From assembly GCA_030648055.1 (NCBI GenBank), contig JAUSHI010000004.1:12836-76835 (forward strand): a stretch of DNA of 64,000 nt, read 5' to 3'. Made by a program: the position numbers and the translations under genes. Below the pieces are notes generated by a model. It ran no database searches. It saw only the letters and a program-made list of their open reading frames with translations, and had not been told where the DNA came from. Positions within the stretch are counted from its first letter, which is position 1, and each line of letters begins with the position of its first letter. Shown piece by piece: positions 25,417 to 33,849 of the stretch. The stretch comes from a bacterium (GTDB lineage Bacteria; Patescibacteriota; Minisyncoccia; Sungbacterales; SURF-37).

Positions 25417-27624
25417 ATGAAGTATACCGCCATTTTTATATTTTTAGCCGTTGCCATGACATTTCTCGGAAGCGGGACGGCGCTTGCGAGTGATAACACG
25501 GCGGCAGTAACTGCGAGCGATCTTGACGTGAGCCAGCCAACATTATTACCTACAAGTCCTTTTTATTTCGTTAAAGATTGGGGCCGCGGCATACAGTTAT
25601 TTTTTACCTTTAATTCCGTTTCAAAAGCAGCGCTTGAGCTTAAATTCACTGATCAAAAAGCCATTGAGGCAAAAGCGGTGGCGGAGCATTCGCCGAATAA
25701 TACACGAGCGATTACTAAAGCATTAAAAAATTATGAAGACGAAACAGCCAGACTGAAAGCGCGCCTATTGAGTTTGAAAGACACCAGTCAGAACCCCAAT
25801 GTTGACAATTTGCTTAATCAATTAGCCGACCGCGCACTTAAACATGAACAGCTTTTTGAAAATCTCAAAGAGACGGTAAGCGCGACAAGTTCCCGAGATG
25901 AATTGGAAAACCGTAAAAATGATATTGCTGACGGCTTATTAAGAACCGCCGATAAACTTGAAAATACCGACAAATTAGTACGCCGTCTTAAGGTAAAAGT
26001 GGATGAAGCTGAGATTAAAGATGAGCTTGAAAATGTAAGAAAGGTTGAATTTTTTAATAATTTGGAAAAAAATGCCAACCCCGAAGTAAAAGATGAACTG
26101 CAAAAAGCAAGACTGGATTTTATTGAAAACCTGAAAGCCGCTCTGGAAGATCAATTTCAGGCAACAACGACCGCCGCAATTATAGAAAAACTGAAATCTA
26201 TCCCGGGAGATGAGACGCTACGCGCAAAAATTATTTTAGAGATCAAGCCGTTGATTTCCGGCGCGGATGGGGAAAAAGTGGAGCGCATTAAGGAAGAATT
26301 GCAAAGAATATCGGAAAAAGGCGCGAACATTGGTAGGCGTGCCGCGGAGCAAATTAAAGAGGCGGATGCAAAAATTGCCGAATTAGAAAAAAAGATGTCT
26401 GAAAAACCGGATATGGTAACCGGCGGCGTTAAAAAAACGTTTTCCGACGCTAAAGATAAATTAGCAAAAGCCCAAAAAACTTTTGAGGATAAGAATTACG
26501 GCGAGGCATTCGGCCAAGCTACGGCCGCGGAGGCACTTGCCCGCAACGGCCTGCGCATGCTTGAAAAAGAGGATATTAATGCTAAAGATTTAAGAGAAAA
26601 CATCGCGGAACTTGAGACGAAGATTCAGCGTTTGGGCGAGGAATTTAATAAACGCGGCTGGGCGGAAGAAAAAGTCCCGGAGGCCTATCGGTTGCTTGCT
26701 ATGGCAAAAAAAGAGCTTGATCTCGCCAAAGTTGCTTTTGCCGTCAATGATTTCTCCGGTACCAAATCGCATATAAACAACGTTAAAAAGCTACTACGCG
26801 AATTTTCAATAGTGGTGTCTAAGCTTCAGGCCTCGCTGGAGCCCGTTAGAGCCTGTCCGGACATCAGAATTACTGCCTGTGAAAAAGATAAATCAAGCGG
26901 CGAATGTAGGGTTGAGGCAAAAGTTCTTGCTTCAAAATATCCCAAATGTGGTTTTGATAGATTTATTGAAACAGGTGGAGAAAAAGAGGGCGAAATTAAG
27001 GTGTGTGGACCGATGCCGTTAAAGCCGGTACCGGCGGGATGCACCGGACCGGTGTGTAAAGAGGGCGAATGGAAATATGTTTGTCAAGAAGCAGTGCACC
27101 AAGAATCGCAAGAAAAGGAGGAGCCCAGCAAGGCACCAACTAAGATTGCCTGCACCGAGCAGTACGAGCCAGTTTGCGGGGCAGATGGAAAAACCTATTC
27201 AAATGCGTGCATAGCAAGTCTTTTGCGCATGACCATAAAGTATAAGGGTGCCTGCCAGAAACCTGAAACGGAAACAAATGTTCCAGTTAACCCCCAAACG
27301 CAATCCGTATCCCCCATCAATACTGAAGTAAGAGAAATTTCGGTCTCAACCTTATACAAGCTTGAGGCAGATGATAGCGGATTTTATCCATCCGGTGTAA
27401 TTACGGTTAAGAATGGAACCAAAGTAAGCCTTACGTTTATTGTCAGGAATGAGAATGTTTATTACGGGGGCTTAAGTTTTCGCTCGCCTAAATTCAAGAT
27501 TGAAGCGCTTAAGCCGGGAGGAATACAAACCGTTGAATTTGTTGCCGACGAATCTTTCGGGTTTAGCTCGTATTGGCCGCTAACGGATGTTTTGAAAGCC
27601 TCGGGTAAAATTGTTGTTCAGTAA
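25417..27624 (+). CDS. secreted multidomain protein: signal peptide, long coiled-coil region, Cys-rich region with a Kazal-like module, cupredoxin-like C-terminus
   Basis: N-terminal signal MKYTAIFIFLAVAMTFLGSGTALA. CTEQYEPVCGADGKTYSNACIASLL...GAC at 27151..27255 matches the Kazal pattern. Confidence 0.8.
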   Translation: MKYTAIFIFLAVAMTFLGSGTALASDNTAAVTASDLDVSQPTLLPTSPFYFVKDWGRGIQLFFTFNSVSKAALELKFTDQKAIEAKAVAEHSPNNTRAITKALKNYEDETARLKARLLSLKDTSQNPNVDNLLNQLADRALKHEQLFENLKETVSATSSRDELENRKNDIADGLLRTADKLENTDKLVRRLKVKVDEAEIKDELENVRKVEFFNNLEKNANPEVKDELQKARLDFIENLKAALEDQFQATTTAAIIEKLKSIPGDETLRAKIILEIKPLISGADGEKVERIKEELQRISEKGANIGRRAAEQIKEADAKIAELEKKMSEKPDMVTGGVKKTFSDAKDKLAKAQKTFEDKNYGEAFGQATAAEALARNGLRMLEKEDINAKDLRENIAELETKIQRLGEEFNKRGWAEEKVPEAYRLLAMAKKELDLAKVAFAVNDFSGTKSHINNVKKLLREFSIVVSKLQASLEPVRACPDIRITACEKDKSSGECRVEAKVLASKYPKCGFDRFIETGGEKEGEIKVCGPMPLKPVPAGCTGPVCKEGEWKYVCQEAVHQESQEKEEPSKAPTKIACTEQYEPVCGADGKTYSNACIASLLRMTIKYKGACQKPETETNVPVNPQTQSVSPINTEVREISVSTLYKLEADDSGFYPSGVITVKNGTKVSLTFIVRNENVYYGGLSFRSPKFKIEALKPGGIQTVEFVADESFGFSSYWPLTDVLKASGKIVVQ

Positions 27625-27634
27625 AAAAATCAAA

Positions 27635-27665
27635 ACCCGTTCCGGTTAACCGGAACAGGTTTTGT
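27635..27665. terminator. bidirectional hairpin terminator
   Basis: ACCCGTTCCGG-TTAA-CCGGAACAGGT followed by TTTGT. Confidence 0.65.
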
Positions 27666-28011
27666 ATATTAATGTCTTAGATTAAAAAATAATTTTAAAG
27701 CTCTTCCTTTAGTCGCTCGGCCAGTTTTTTACGTTCCTTTTGAGAACGTTCTTCTTCCGGCGTAAGTGATATTTTACCACCGCGTTTTAGCTCTTCCATA
27801 TAAAGTTGGCGCCTGTATTTCCTTTCCGCATCGGGAGCTATCACTATTTGCCTCCCGTGAGCTTCGGTTCCTTTTTTTTGGATTTTGAGGGTTTTAATGC
27901 CAGTTTCTCAATTGGAGATTTTGGTTTTTCAAACATAATTATTATTTTTATATTTATCACATTAAACCTGATTATAGTATCGCTATCAAATCAAGCTTTT
28001 TGCTATCCTAA

Positions 28012-29055
28012 ATGAATAATAACACGGTAAAAAGAAAAGCAAAAATTATCATAATTATCGGCCCGACAGCATCCGGCAAATCAGAGCTCGCGGTGGCGCT
28101 TGCCAAGCGATTCAGAGGTGAAATAATCTCTGCTGATTCACGCCAGGTCTATATCGGGCTTAATATTGGAACCGGCAAGGTACCCGGTAAGTGGCTAAAT
28201 CATTCCGCACAAAGCGGAATAATCGCCCCTATGGGGCCGAGCCATCGGGCTATAGGCCGATCAGATTTGCGTGGCAAATCTGATTTGAGGCGAACTGGCA
28301 TTTTTGCGTATAAAGGAATCCGCCACTATTGCATAGATTTTGTATCACCACGGAAGGTTTTCACCGCTGAAGATTTTAAAACATGCGCGGAAAAAACAAT
28401 AAAAGATATTTTATCTCGCGGAAAAATTCCTATAATAGTCGGCGGAACCGGATTTTATATTGATGCGGTTGTTTATGGAATGGGGTTTCCCTTGGTTCCG
28501 CCAAATAAAAAATTGCGCCTAATTTTGGAGCAGAAAGGCTTGCCGGAACTAATCCTTATTTTAAAAAAACTGGATTCTGCGCGGCTAAAAATGGTTGACA
28601 AGAAAAATCCTCATCGGCTTATCCGCGCCATTGAAATCGCAAAAGCGCTTGGGCACGTCCCTAAACTTAAGAAGCGCCCAATTTACCAAGCACTTTGGTT
28701 AGGAATAAAATTACCCAAAGACGAGCTTTCACGCCGGATTCATATTCGTCTCATCCAGCGAATGCGCGAAGGCATGGTTAAAGAGGCACAGAGTTTGCAT
28801 AAACACGGCCTGGGCTGGAAGCGGTTTTACGAGCTTGGTCTGGAATACAAATATTTAGCCGATTTTTTACGCGGGGAAATTACAAAAAATATAATGCTTA
28901 AAAACCTTGAGACCGCGATTCGCCATTACGCGCGCCGGCAGATGGTCTGGTTCAAGCGTAATCCGGAAATCCATTGGATAAAAAACAAAAAAGGCGCGGA
29001 GCGCGTTTTGAATATATCTTTGGGCAAGAAGAAAAATTATAGAGAACTAACGTGA
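28012..29055 (+). CDS. miaA: tRNA dimethylallyltransferase with an internal insertion
   Basis: P-loop GPTASGKSELAV, ISADSRQVY..L.IGT.K. An extra roughly 45-aa segment contains GRSDLRGKSDLRR. Confidence 0.9.
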   Translation: MNNNTVKRKAKIIIIIGPTASGKSELAVALAKRFRGEIISADSRQVYIGLNIGTGKVPGKWLNHSAQSGIIAPMGPSHRAIGRSDLRGKSDLRRTGIFAYKGIRHYCIDFVSPRKVFTAEDFKTCAEKTIKDILSRGKIPIIVGGTGFYIDAVVYGMGFPLVPPNKKLRLILEQKGLPELILILKKLDSARLKMVDKKNPHRLIRAIEIAKALGHVPKLKKRPIYQALWLGIKLPKDELSRRIHIRLIQRMREGMVKEAQSLHKHGLGWKRFYELGLEYKYLADFLRGEITKNIMLKNLETAIRHYARRQMVWFKRNPEIHWIKNKKGAERVLNISLGKKKNYRELT

Positions 29056-29445
29056 AAATAAGGACTTGAAGCGTTGCCACAGCGATGGCTTTTGGGATAC
29101 CCCCGCGTCTGTATCTGAAACGGGTGCGATAATGACCACAACAAGCTCTCCGGATTTTTGAAGACTGAGCTGTTCTTTGGCAAGTTTTTCTATTACTTCC
29201 GGAGTATTAGTTTGAGCTATCGCACTTTCAAGAAGATCGTTTGCTTCTTTGATTTTCGCGGTCTGGGTCTCAAGTTTTTTAGTATCACTGTAAATCGCGC
29301 GCTCTTTTAACACGATTCCGAAGGCTTTGTATCCAATGAAAAGACTTAGCATGAGTGCCGCTAATAGGGCGACATTAGAAGAAGCTAATCGCCGCGGTTC
29401 ACGGTAGGTTTCTATTATTTCTAAAAAATCTTGAAAAAATTTCAT
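29047..29445 (-). CDS. septum formation initiator family protein (FtsB/DivIC-like)
   Basis: Single TM, then coiled coil, then ...KLAKEQLSLQKSGELVVVI, the typical family C-terminus. Confidence 0.65.
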   Translation of the reverse strand: MKFFQDFLEIIETYREPRRLASSNVALLAALMLSLFIGYKAFGIVLKERAIYSDTKKLETQTAKIKEANDLLESAIAQTNTPEVIEKLAKEQLSLQKSGELVVVIIAPVSDTDAGVSQKPSLWQRFKSLFSR

Positions 29446-29458
29446 AAAGCGTTATAAT
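29431..29458 (+). promoter_or_regulatory. sigma70-type promoter (TTGAAA-16 nt-TATAAT)
   Basis: -35 at 29431..29436 and -10 at 29453..29458. Divergent from the ftsB-like gene. Confidence 0.55.
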
Positions 29459-29464
29459 GACCGT

Positions 29465-29739
29465 ACTATACGCATCCCGTAGTGAAGGTTCGAATGAGTC
29501 GCCGCAGGCGACCAAATGTGAACCATTATGGGTATTAAATAAACTAATTTCGGATAAGAATTATAAGCAAATAAACCCTGTAGTAGAAAGCGGCATTGCG
29601 CAGCGTATTGTTGAAAAAAACTTCTGTATAAAGATATGCACAATATGGAGTTACGACAGTTATGCGCAAAAAGTATTATGCCGCTTTTCACTACGCACTA
29701 CGGGGCAAACTGTTTAATAATTCTAACTTCTACTACAGG
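29465..29739 (+). promoter_or_regulatory. long structured 5' leader with alternative long-range pairings that occlude the start region of the small ORF
   Basis: CCTGTAGTAGAA (29577..29588) is perfectly complementary to TTCTACTACAGG (29728..29739, abutting ATG 29740). CCCGTAGTG (29476..29484) pairs with CACTACGGG (29696..29704). GAAAGCGGCAT..TTGCGCA pairs with TGCGCAA..ATGCCGCTTT. Confidence 0.5.
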
Positions 29740-29844
29740 ATGAAAAAAACACACCGTAAAAATTTAAATATTACCTGGGGTATAATCAGCGTTATTGCCG
29801 TTTTGGGCATGATCGCTTTCACCCTTCTCCCGTTAATTTATTAG
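29740..29844 (+). CDS. 34-aa basic-N-terminus single-TM peptide (an in-frame 60-aa version starts at 29662)
   Basis: MKKTHRKNLNITWGIISVIAVLGMIAFTLLPLIY. Part of track ORF 29662..29844. Confidence 0.4.
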   Translation: MKKTHRKNLNITWGIISVIAVLGMIAFTLLPLIY

Positions 29845-29921
29845 TCCCATATCGGTTATTTTATTTTAAGTATAATCGCTAAAACAGTAATTCCGCAAAT
29901 CGGGCTTTTGGTTCATCCCCG

Positions 29922-29959
29922 TTTCCTCATATAAAAACGATCGTTTTTATATGAGGAAA
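29922..29959. repeat. 38-bp perfect palindrome, copy 1
   Basis: TTTCCTCATATAAAAACGA|TCGTTTTTATATGAGGAAA, identical to 57051..57088. Confidence 0.95.
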
Positions 29960-30238
29960 CTGGATAAAACCGGCTGTTTTTTTAACTTCTTGTCAGTGAA
30001 AACGAGCAAAGTGAATTTGAGCGACTGTAAGAAACAAATCCCGCACTAATTTTGCCGTCATTTTTAACTGGAAACAACAAAAATTCATAGGTGAAAATAA
30101 TTTTATGCGAACCGCGTGCGTCTAATAGCCGCATTCCAATATAGGCGAATCAGTTCGCCGCGTATAACCTTGTAAAATTGGTGCTGTGGTGTTACTAATG
30201 GGTTGTTCTTTAAAACATTATGACAAAAGGGGGCACAC

Positions 30239-31504
30239 ATGAATGAAGGACGCCTTTTCCTGGACGGAGTCCGTGCGCAGTACTTGCGGGTTGCCCGCGA
30301 ACATACAAAGATCGCTGAATGGGTTCTTGATTGGCTTCTGAAGCCGCAAGATACCTATAAGTTCAACTTTCCAGTACGCCTGACGAACGGCAAGATCGAG
30401 GTCTATCAGGGTGTTCGCGTGCTGCATTTCCGCGCGCTAGGTCCGGGCAAGGGCGGTATCCGCTTTGACCCGAAAATTAATGAAGACGAAACGTCGGCAC
30501 TTGCCATGCTTATGGCGTGGAAGATGCCCATTTTTGATCTTCCCTTCTCTGGCGCGAAAGGCGGGGTCAACTGCGACCCAAGGCAGCTTTCTGAAGGAGA
30601 TCTTGAGCGCATTACAAGGCGTTTTGCGTATGAGCTCACTATTCAAAACATCATTGGCCCTGACATTGATATTCCTGGGCCTGACATGGGAACGGACGAG
30701 AGAGTGATGAACTGGATCATGGATACATACTCGGGCCTCAAAGGCCAGAAGAACCCCGTCCACGCCGTTACCACAGGAAAATCAGTCCATCTCGGCGGCT
30801 CTCCGCTTCGACAGGAATCAACCGGCATTGGCGTCGCGATGGCATTTGAAGCCTACTGCGGCTGGAAGCATCTTGACCCGACTAACATGCGCTTCATCAT
30901 TCAGGGATTCGGAAACGTCGGTTCCGTTCTTGCGGCACGACTTGCTCAAAACAAAATGGAGATCGTGGGCCTTTCCGATATTGACGGAGCGATCTACAAC
31001 CCTGACGGTATCAACATGCATGATGTCATTGCTCATGTCCGTTCCCAAAAACCGCTTAAGGATTATCCTAACTCCGGCCACATGACAAACCAGGAGCTTC
31101 TCGAAATGCCCTGCGACGTCTTAGCGCCTTGCGCGACCCAGCTGCAAATCACCGAGGATAACGCTACGCGCGTACGCGCATCAATCATTCTTGAAGGGGC
31201 AAACGGTCCAACAACTCCGGAGGGGGATGCCATCCTCCGCGAACGGGGCATCGAGGTTATCCCTGATGTTCTAGCAAACGGGGGCGGCGTCGTGATGTCT
31301 TACGCCGAATGGCTCCAGAACCAACGGCATGAGCGCTGGTCCGCATCGTATGAATATCAGCACCTGGAGTCATACATGCACCGCGCATCCAAAACTGTCT
31401 TCCGGCGCGCGGAAAATGAAAAAATATCGCTTCGCGATGCAGCACTTCTCATCGGCATCGAAAAAACAGTCAAAGCCGCGCTTTCGCGCGATTTGTGGCC
31501 ATAA
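30239..31504 (+). CDS. gdh: Glu/Leu/Phe/Val-family dehydrogenase (glutamate dehydrogenase-like)
   Basis: GPGKGGIRF, catalytic-Lys motif FSGAKGG, Rossmann GFGNVGS. Visibly G+C-rich; SD AAGGGGG. Confidence 0.9.
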   Translation: MNEGRLFLDGVRAQYLRVAREHTKIAEWVLDWLLKPQDTYKFNFPVRLTNGKIEVYQGVRVLHFRALGPGKGGIRFDPKINEDETSALAMLMAWKMPIFDLPFSGAKGGVNCDPRQLSEGDLERITRRFAYELTIQNIIGPDIDIPGPDMGTDERVMNWIMDTYSGLKGQKNPVHAVTTGKSVHLGGSPLRQESTGIGVAMAFEAYCGWKHLDPTNMRFIIQGFGNVGSVLAARLAQNKMEIVGLSDIDGAIYNPDGINMHDVIAHVRSQKPLKDYPNSGHMTNQELLEMPCDVLAPCATQLQITEDNATRVRASIILEGANGPTTPEGDAILRERGIEVIPDVLANGGGVVMSYAEWLQNQRHERWSASYEYQHLESYMHRASKTVFRRAENEKISLRDAALLIGIEKTVKAALSRDLWP

Positions 31505-31614
31505 TTTCAATAATTCAACCTGTCGTCTTAGACGGGCTTTTTATTTGCCAATGTTGTCTAAATTTATTAGCCGAATTCAATACGAGGCGCGATAAATTTA
31601 GCTACAACATTGAG

Positions 31615-31720
31615 CACCCAGCCCTCTAAGCAGCCCGAATTATTTCATTTATTACTTTTTATAAGTTTTTTCTCCGTAAATCATTGCGTTTCCGCAATCA
31701 ATCAGCATAGAGGGCTGGGT
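31615..31720. repeat. MITE-like element copy B (106 bp) between convergent gdh and lepA
   Basis: CACCCAGCCCTCTA (31615..31628) faces TAGAGGGCTGGGT (31708..31720), 13 bp perfect, across an AT-rich interior. Confidence 0.7.
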
Positions 31721-31775
31721 AAAGGTTTGGCAGTTGTTATTTTTCGCCTTCAGCTCAAATAGCAAGCCAAGCCCT

Positions 31776-33560
31776 TTATTTTTTCAACATTTTAAGAAAT
31801 ACCTCCGGTGGAATTTCTACGCTTCCTACGCCGCGCTCTTTTAAGCGTTTTTTGCCGCGCTGTTGTTTTTTCCATAACTTCATTTTGCGGGTTCTGTCTC
31901 CGCCGTAAAGATATCCGGTAACGTCTTTCTTCATGGCCGGCACGGTTTCGCGGGCAATTATATCGCCGCTGACTGAAGCCTGGATAGCAATCGGAAAAAG
32001 CTGACGCGGAAGAAGCTCTTTTAGTTTAGCGGCAAGCCGCTTCCCCTCCTGGAAAGCCATTTCGCGGGGAACTATTTCGGCGAATGCCTCATTTGGTTCG
32101 CCGGCGATTAAAATGTCCAATTTCACAAGATTCCCCAGCCTATATTCAAGAACATCGTATCCCATTGAGCCATATCCTTCAGTAATACTTTTTAAACGGT
32201 CATAAAAATCCACAATAATTTCCTTTAGCGGCGCCTCATATGTTATCTCCACTCTTCCCGCACTTAGATATTCCGTGTTTACATACTTGCCGCGAATTTC
32301 TTCCAGAAGGCGCATCGTGTTGCCGATATATTTTTCACTGGTTATTACGGTTAAAATGGCCCACGGCTCCTGTATTTCTTGTATTAAGTGCGATAGCGGA
32401 AACTTGGCCGCGGAATATATTTCTTCTATGGCGCCGGATTTTAGTTTAATTTGATAACTTACGGACGGATTTGAAAGAATCAGAGCCAAACCATATTCGC
32501 GCCGCAAACGTTCGCTTATTATTTCTAAATGTAGCATACCAAGAAAACCTACGCGAAATCCCCGGCCAAGGGCCGTTGAAGATTCCGGTTCAAAAAATAA
32601 CGCGGCATCACTTAATTTTAATTTCAAAAGCGCATCGCGAAAAATGTCGTAATCATCCGCGCTTTCAGGGTAAATGCTCGCGAATACCATCGGCTTCGGT
32701 TCTCTGTAGCCCGAGAGCGGCTCTGTGGGCGCGTTTGCGCGCGTTATAGTATCTCCAACGCGTATAAGTTGGGTTTCTTTAAGGCCGCTCGCAATATAGC
32801 CAATATCTCCGGCGGAAAGCGATTCGCGTTTTATAAGCATTGGCTGGAATGTTCCGAGCTCCAAGGCTTCAAATTCCCCCTTGGTTTTTGCCAAAAGAAG
32901 CCGCGCCGGGCATCTTAACGCGCCGTCAACAACACGAACATGAGCCATGACGCCCTTATAAGCATCAAATTGTGAATCAAAAATGAGAGCCCGAAACGGC
33001 TTTTCAATGTTCCCTTGCGGGGGCGGAATTTTTGCTATTACCGCGTCCAGAAGTTCAATAACACCCGCGCCCGTTTTCCCCGATACCAAATGAATGTCAT
33101 TTTCAGTGCATCCGAGCAATTGCATAATTTCTGACTTTGTCTCTTCCGTACGGCTTGATTGGAGGTCAATTTTATTTATAGCGGGAATGATAATCAATTT
33201 TTCTTTTCTGGCCAAATTAAGATTGGCGACAGTTTGCGCCTGGATTCCTTGCGTTCCGTCTACAAGCAAGATGGCGCCCTCTACGGCCGCGAGCGCACGG
33301 GAAACTTCATACGTGAAATCAACGTGCCCAGGAGTATCAATAAGATTTAAGACGTATTTTTCTCCGTGATGCGCATATTCCATTCGAACGGGTTGCATTT
33401 TTATCGTAATCCCCTTTTCACGTTCAAGCTCCATTTGATCAAGAAATTGTTCGCGCATTTTTCGTTTTTCAACTGTTCCGGTTAATTCCAAAAAACGATC
33501 GGCAAGCGTGGATTTGCCGTGATCGATATGGGCGATGATGACAAAATTCCTGATGTTCAT
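31776..33560 (-). CDS. lepA: elongation factor 4
   Basis: IRNFVIIAHIDHGKSTLADR, DTPGHVDF, NKID. The start is set at MNIRNF; the track extension overlaps the upstream terminator and ORF. Confidence 0.93.
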   Translation of the reverse strand: MNIRNFVIIAHIDHGKSTLADRFLELTGTVEKRKMREQFLDQMELEREKGITIKMQPVRMEYAHHGEKYVLNLIDTPGHVDFTYEVSRALAAVEGAILLVDGTQGIQAQTVANLNLARKEKLIIIPAINKIDLQSSRTEETKSEIMQLLGCTENDIHLVSGKTGAGVIELLDAVIAKIPPPQGNIEKPFRALIFDSQFDAYKGVMAHVRVVDGALRCPARLLLAKTKGEFEALELGTFQPMLIKRESLSAGDIGYIASGLKETQLIRVGDTITRANAPTEPLSGYREPKPMVFASIYPESADDYDIFRDALLKLKLSDAALFFEPESSTALGRGFRVGFLGMLHLEIISERLRREYGLALILSNPSVSYQIKLKSGAIEEIYSAAKFPLSHLIQEIQEPWAILTVITSEKYIGNTMRLLEEIRGKYVNTEYLSAGRVEITYEAPLKEIIVDFYDRLKSITEGYGSMGYDVLEYRLGNLVKLDILIAGEPNEAFAEIVPREMAFQEGKRLAAKLKELLPRQLFPIAIQASVSGDIIARETVPAMKKDVTGYLYGGDRTRKMKLWKKQQRGKKRLKERGVGSVEIPPEVFLKMLKK

Positions 33561-33603
33561 TAGTCTAGGTTTCATAAGTTTTGCATTTTTTACGGTTTTT
33601 CGC

Positions 33604-33626
33604 AATAAAAAAACGGCTGTAGCCGT
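33604..33626 (-). terminator. rho-independent terminator after the murJ small-ORF unit
   Basis: On the minus strand: ACGGCT-AC-AGCCGT followed by a T7 run. Confidence 0.65.
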
Positions 33627-33633
33627 TTTGTGT

Positions 33634-33849
33634 TTATTCCCCTTTTCTATAAGCAACGATGGCCATGGCAATTGCCACGCCGGCAAATGCGATTCCTCCA
33701 CCGAGAGTCGTCACTGCACCACTAATAAATAATAGCCCCAAAATCGCCGCGAAGGTCGCCACCAAAGCAAGCGTCATCGCATCCTCCATTATACTAGCCA
33801 GCCCAAAGAACAGTATGTTCAGAATAACCAGTAAGAAACATTTTGTCAA
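33634..33849 (-). CDS. small hydrophobic membrane protein (71 aa)
   Basis: Two or three predicted TM stretches. Abuts the murJ stop. Confidence 0.5.
   Translation of the reverse strand: MTKCFLLVILNILFFGLASIMEDAMTLALVATFAAILGLLFISGAVTTLGGGIAFAGVAIAMAIVAYRKGE

Noticed and set aside
29484-29500. GGTTCGAAT T-loop-like sequence, suggesting a tRNA or tmRNA.
   Set aside because: There is no flanking T-stem, no acceptor pairing and no tag-peptide frame. It sits inside the larger leader structure.
33561-33701. A 47-codon N-terminal extension of lepA in the track ORF. There are similar upstream extensions of thrS (23182), dnaE (19650) and the metalloprotease (18883).
   Set aside because: The extensions overlap upstream terminators, promoters or other ORFs, and they precede the conserved N-termini. 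Internal ATG starts were chosen instead.
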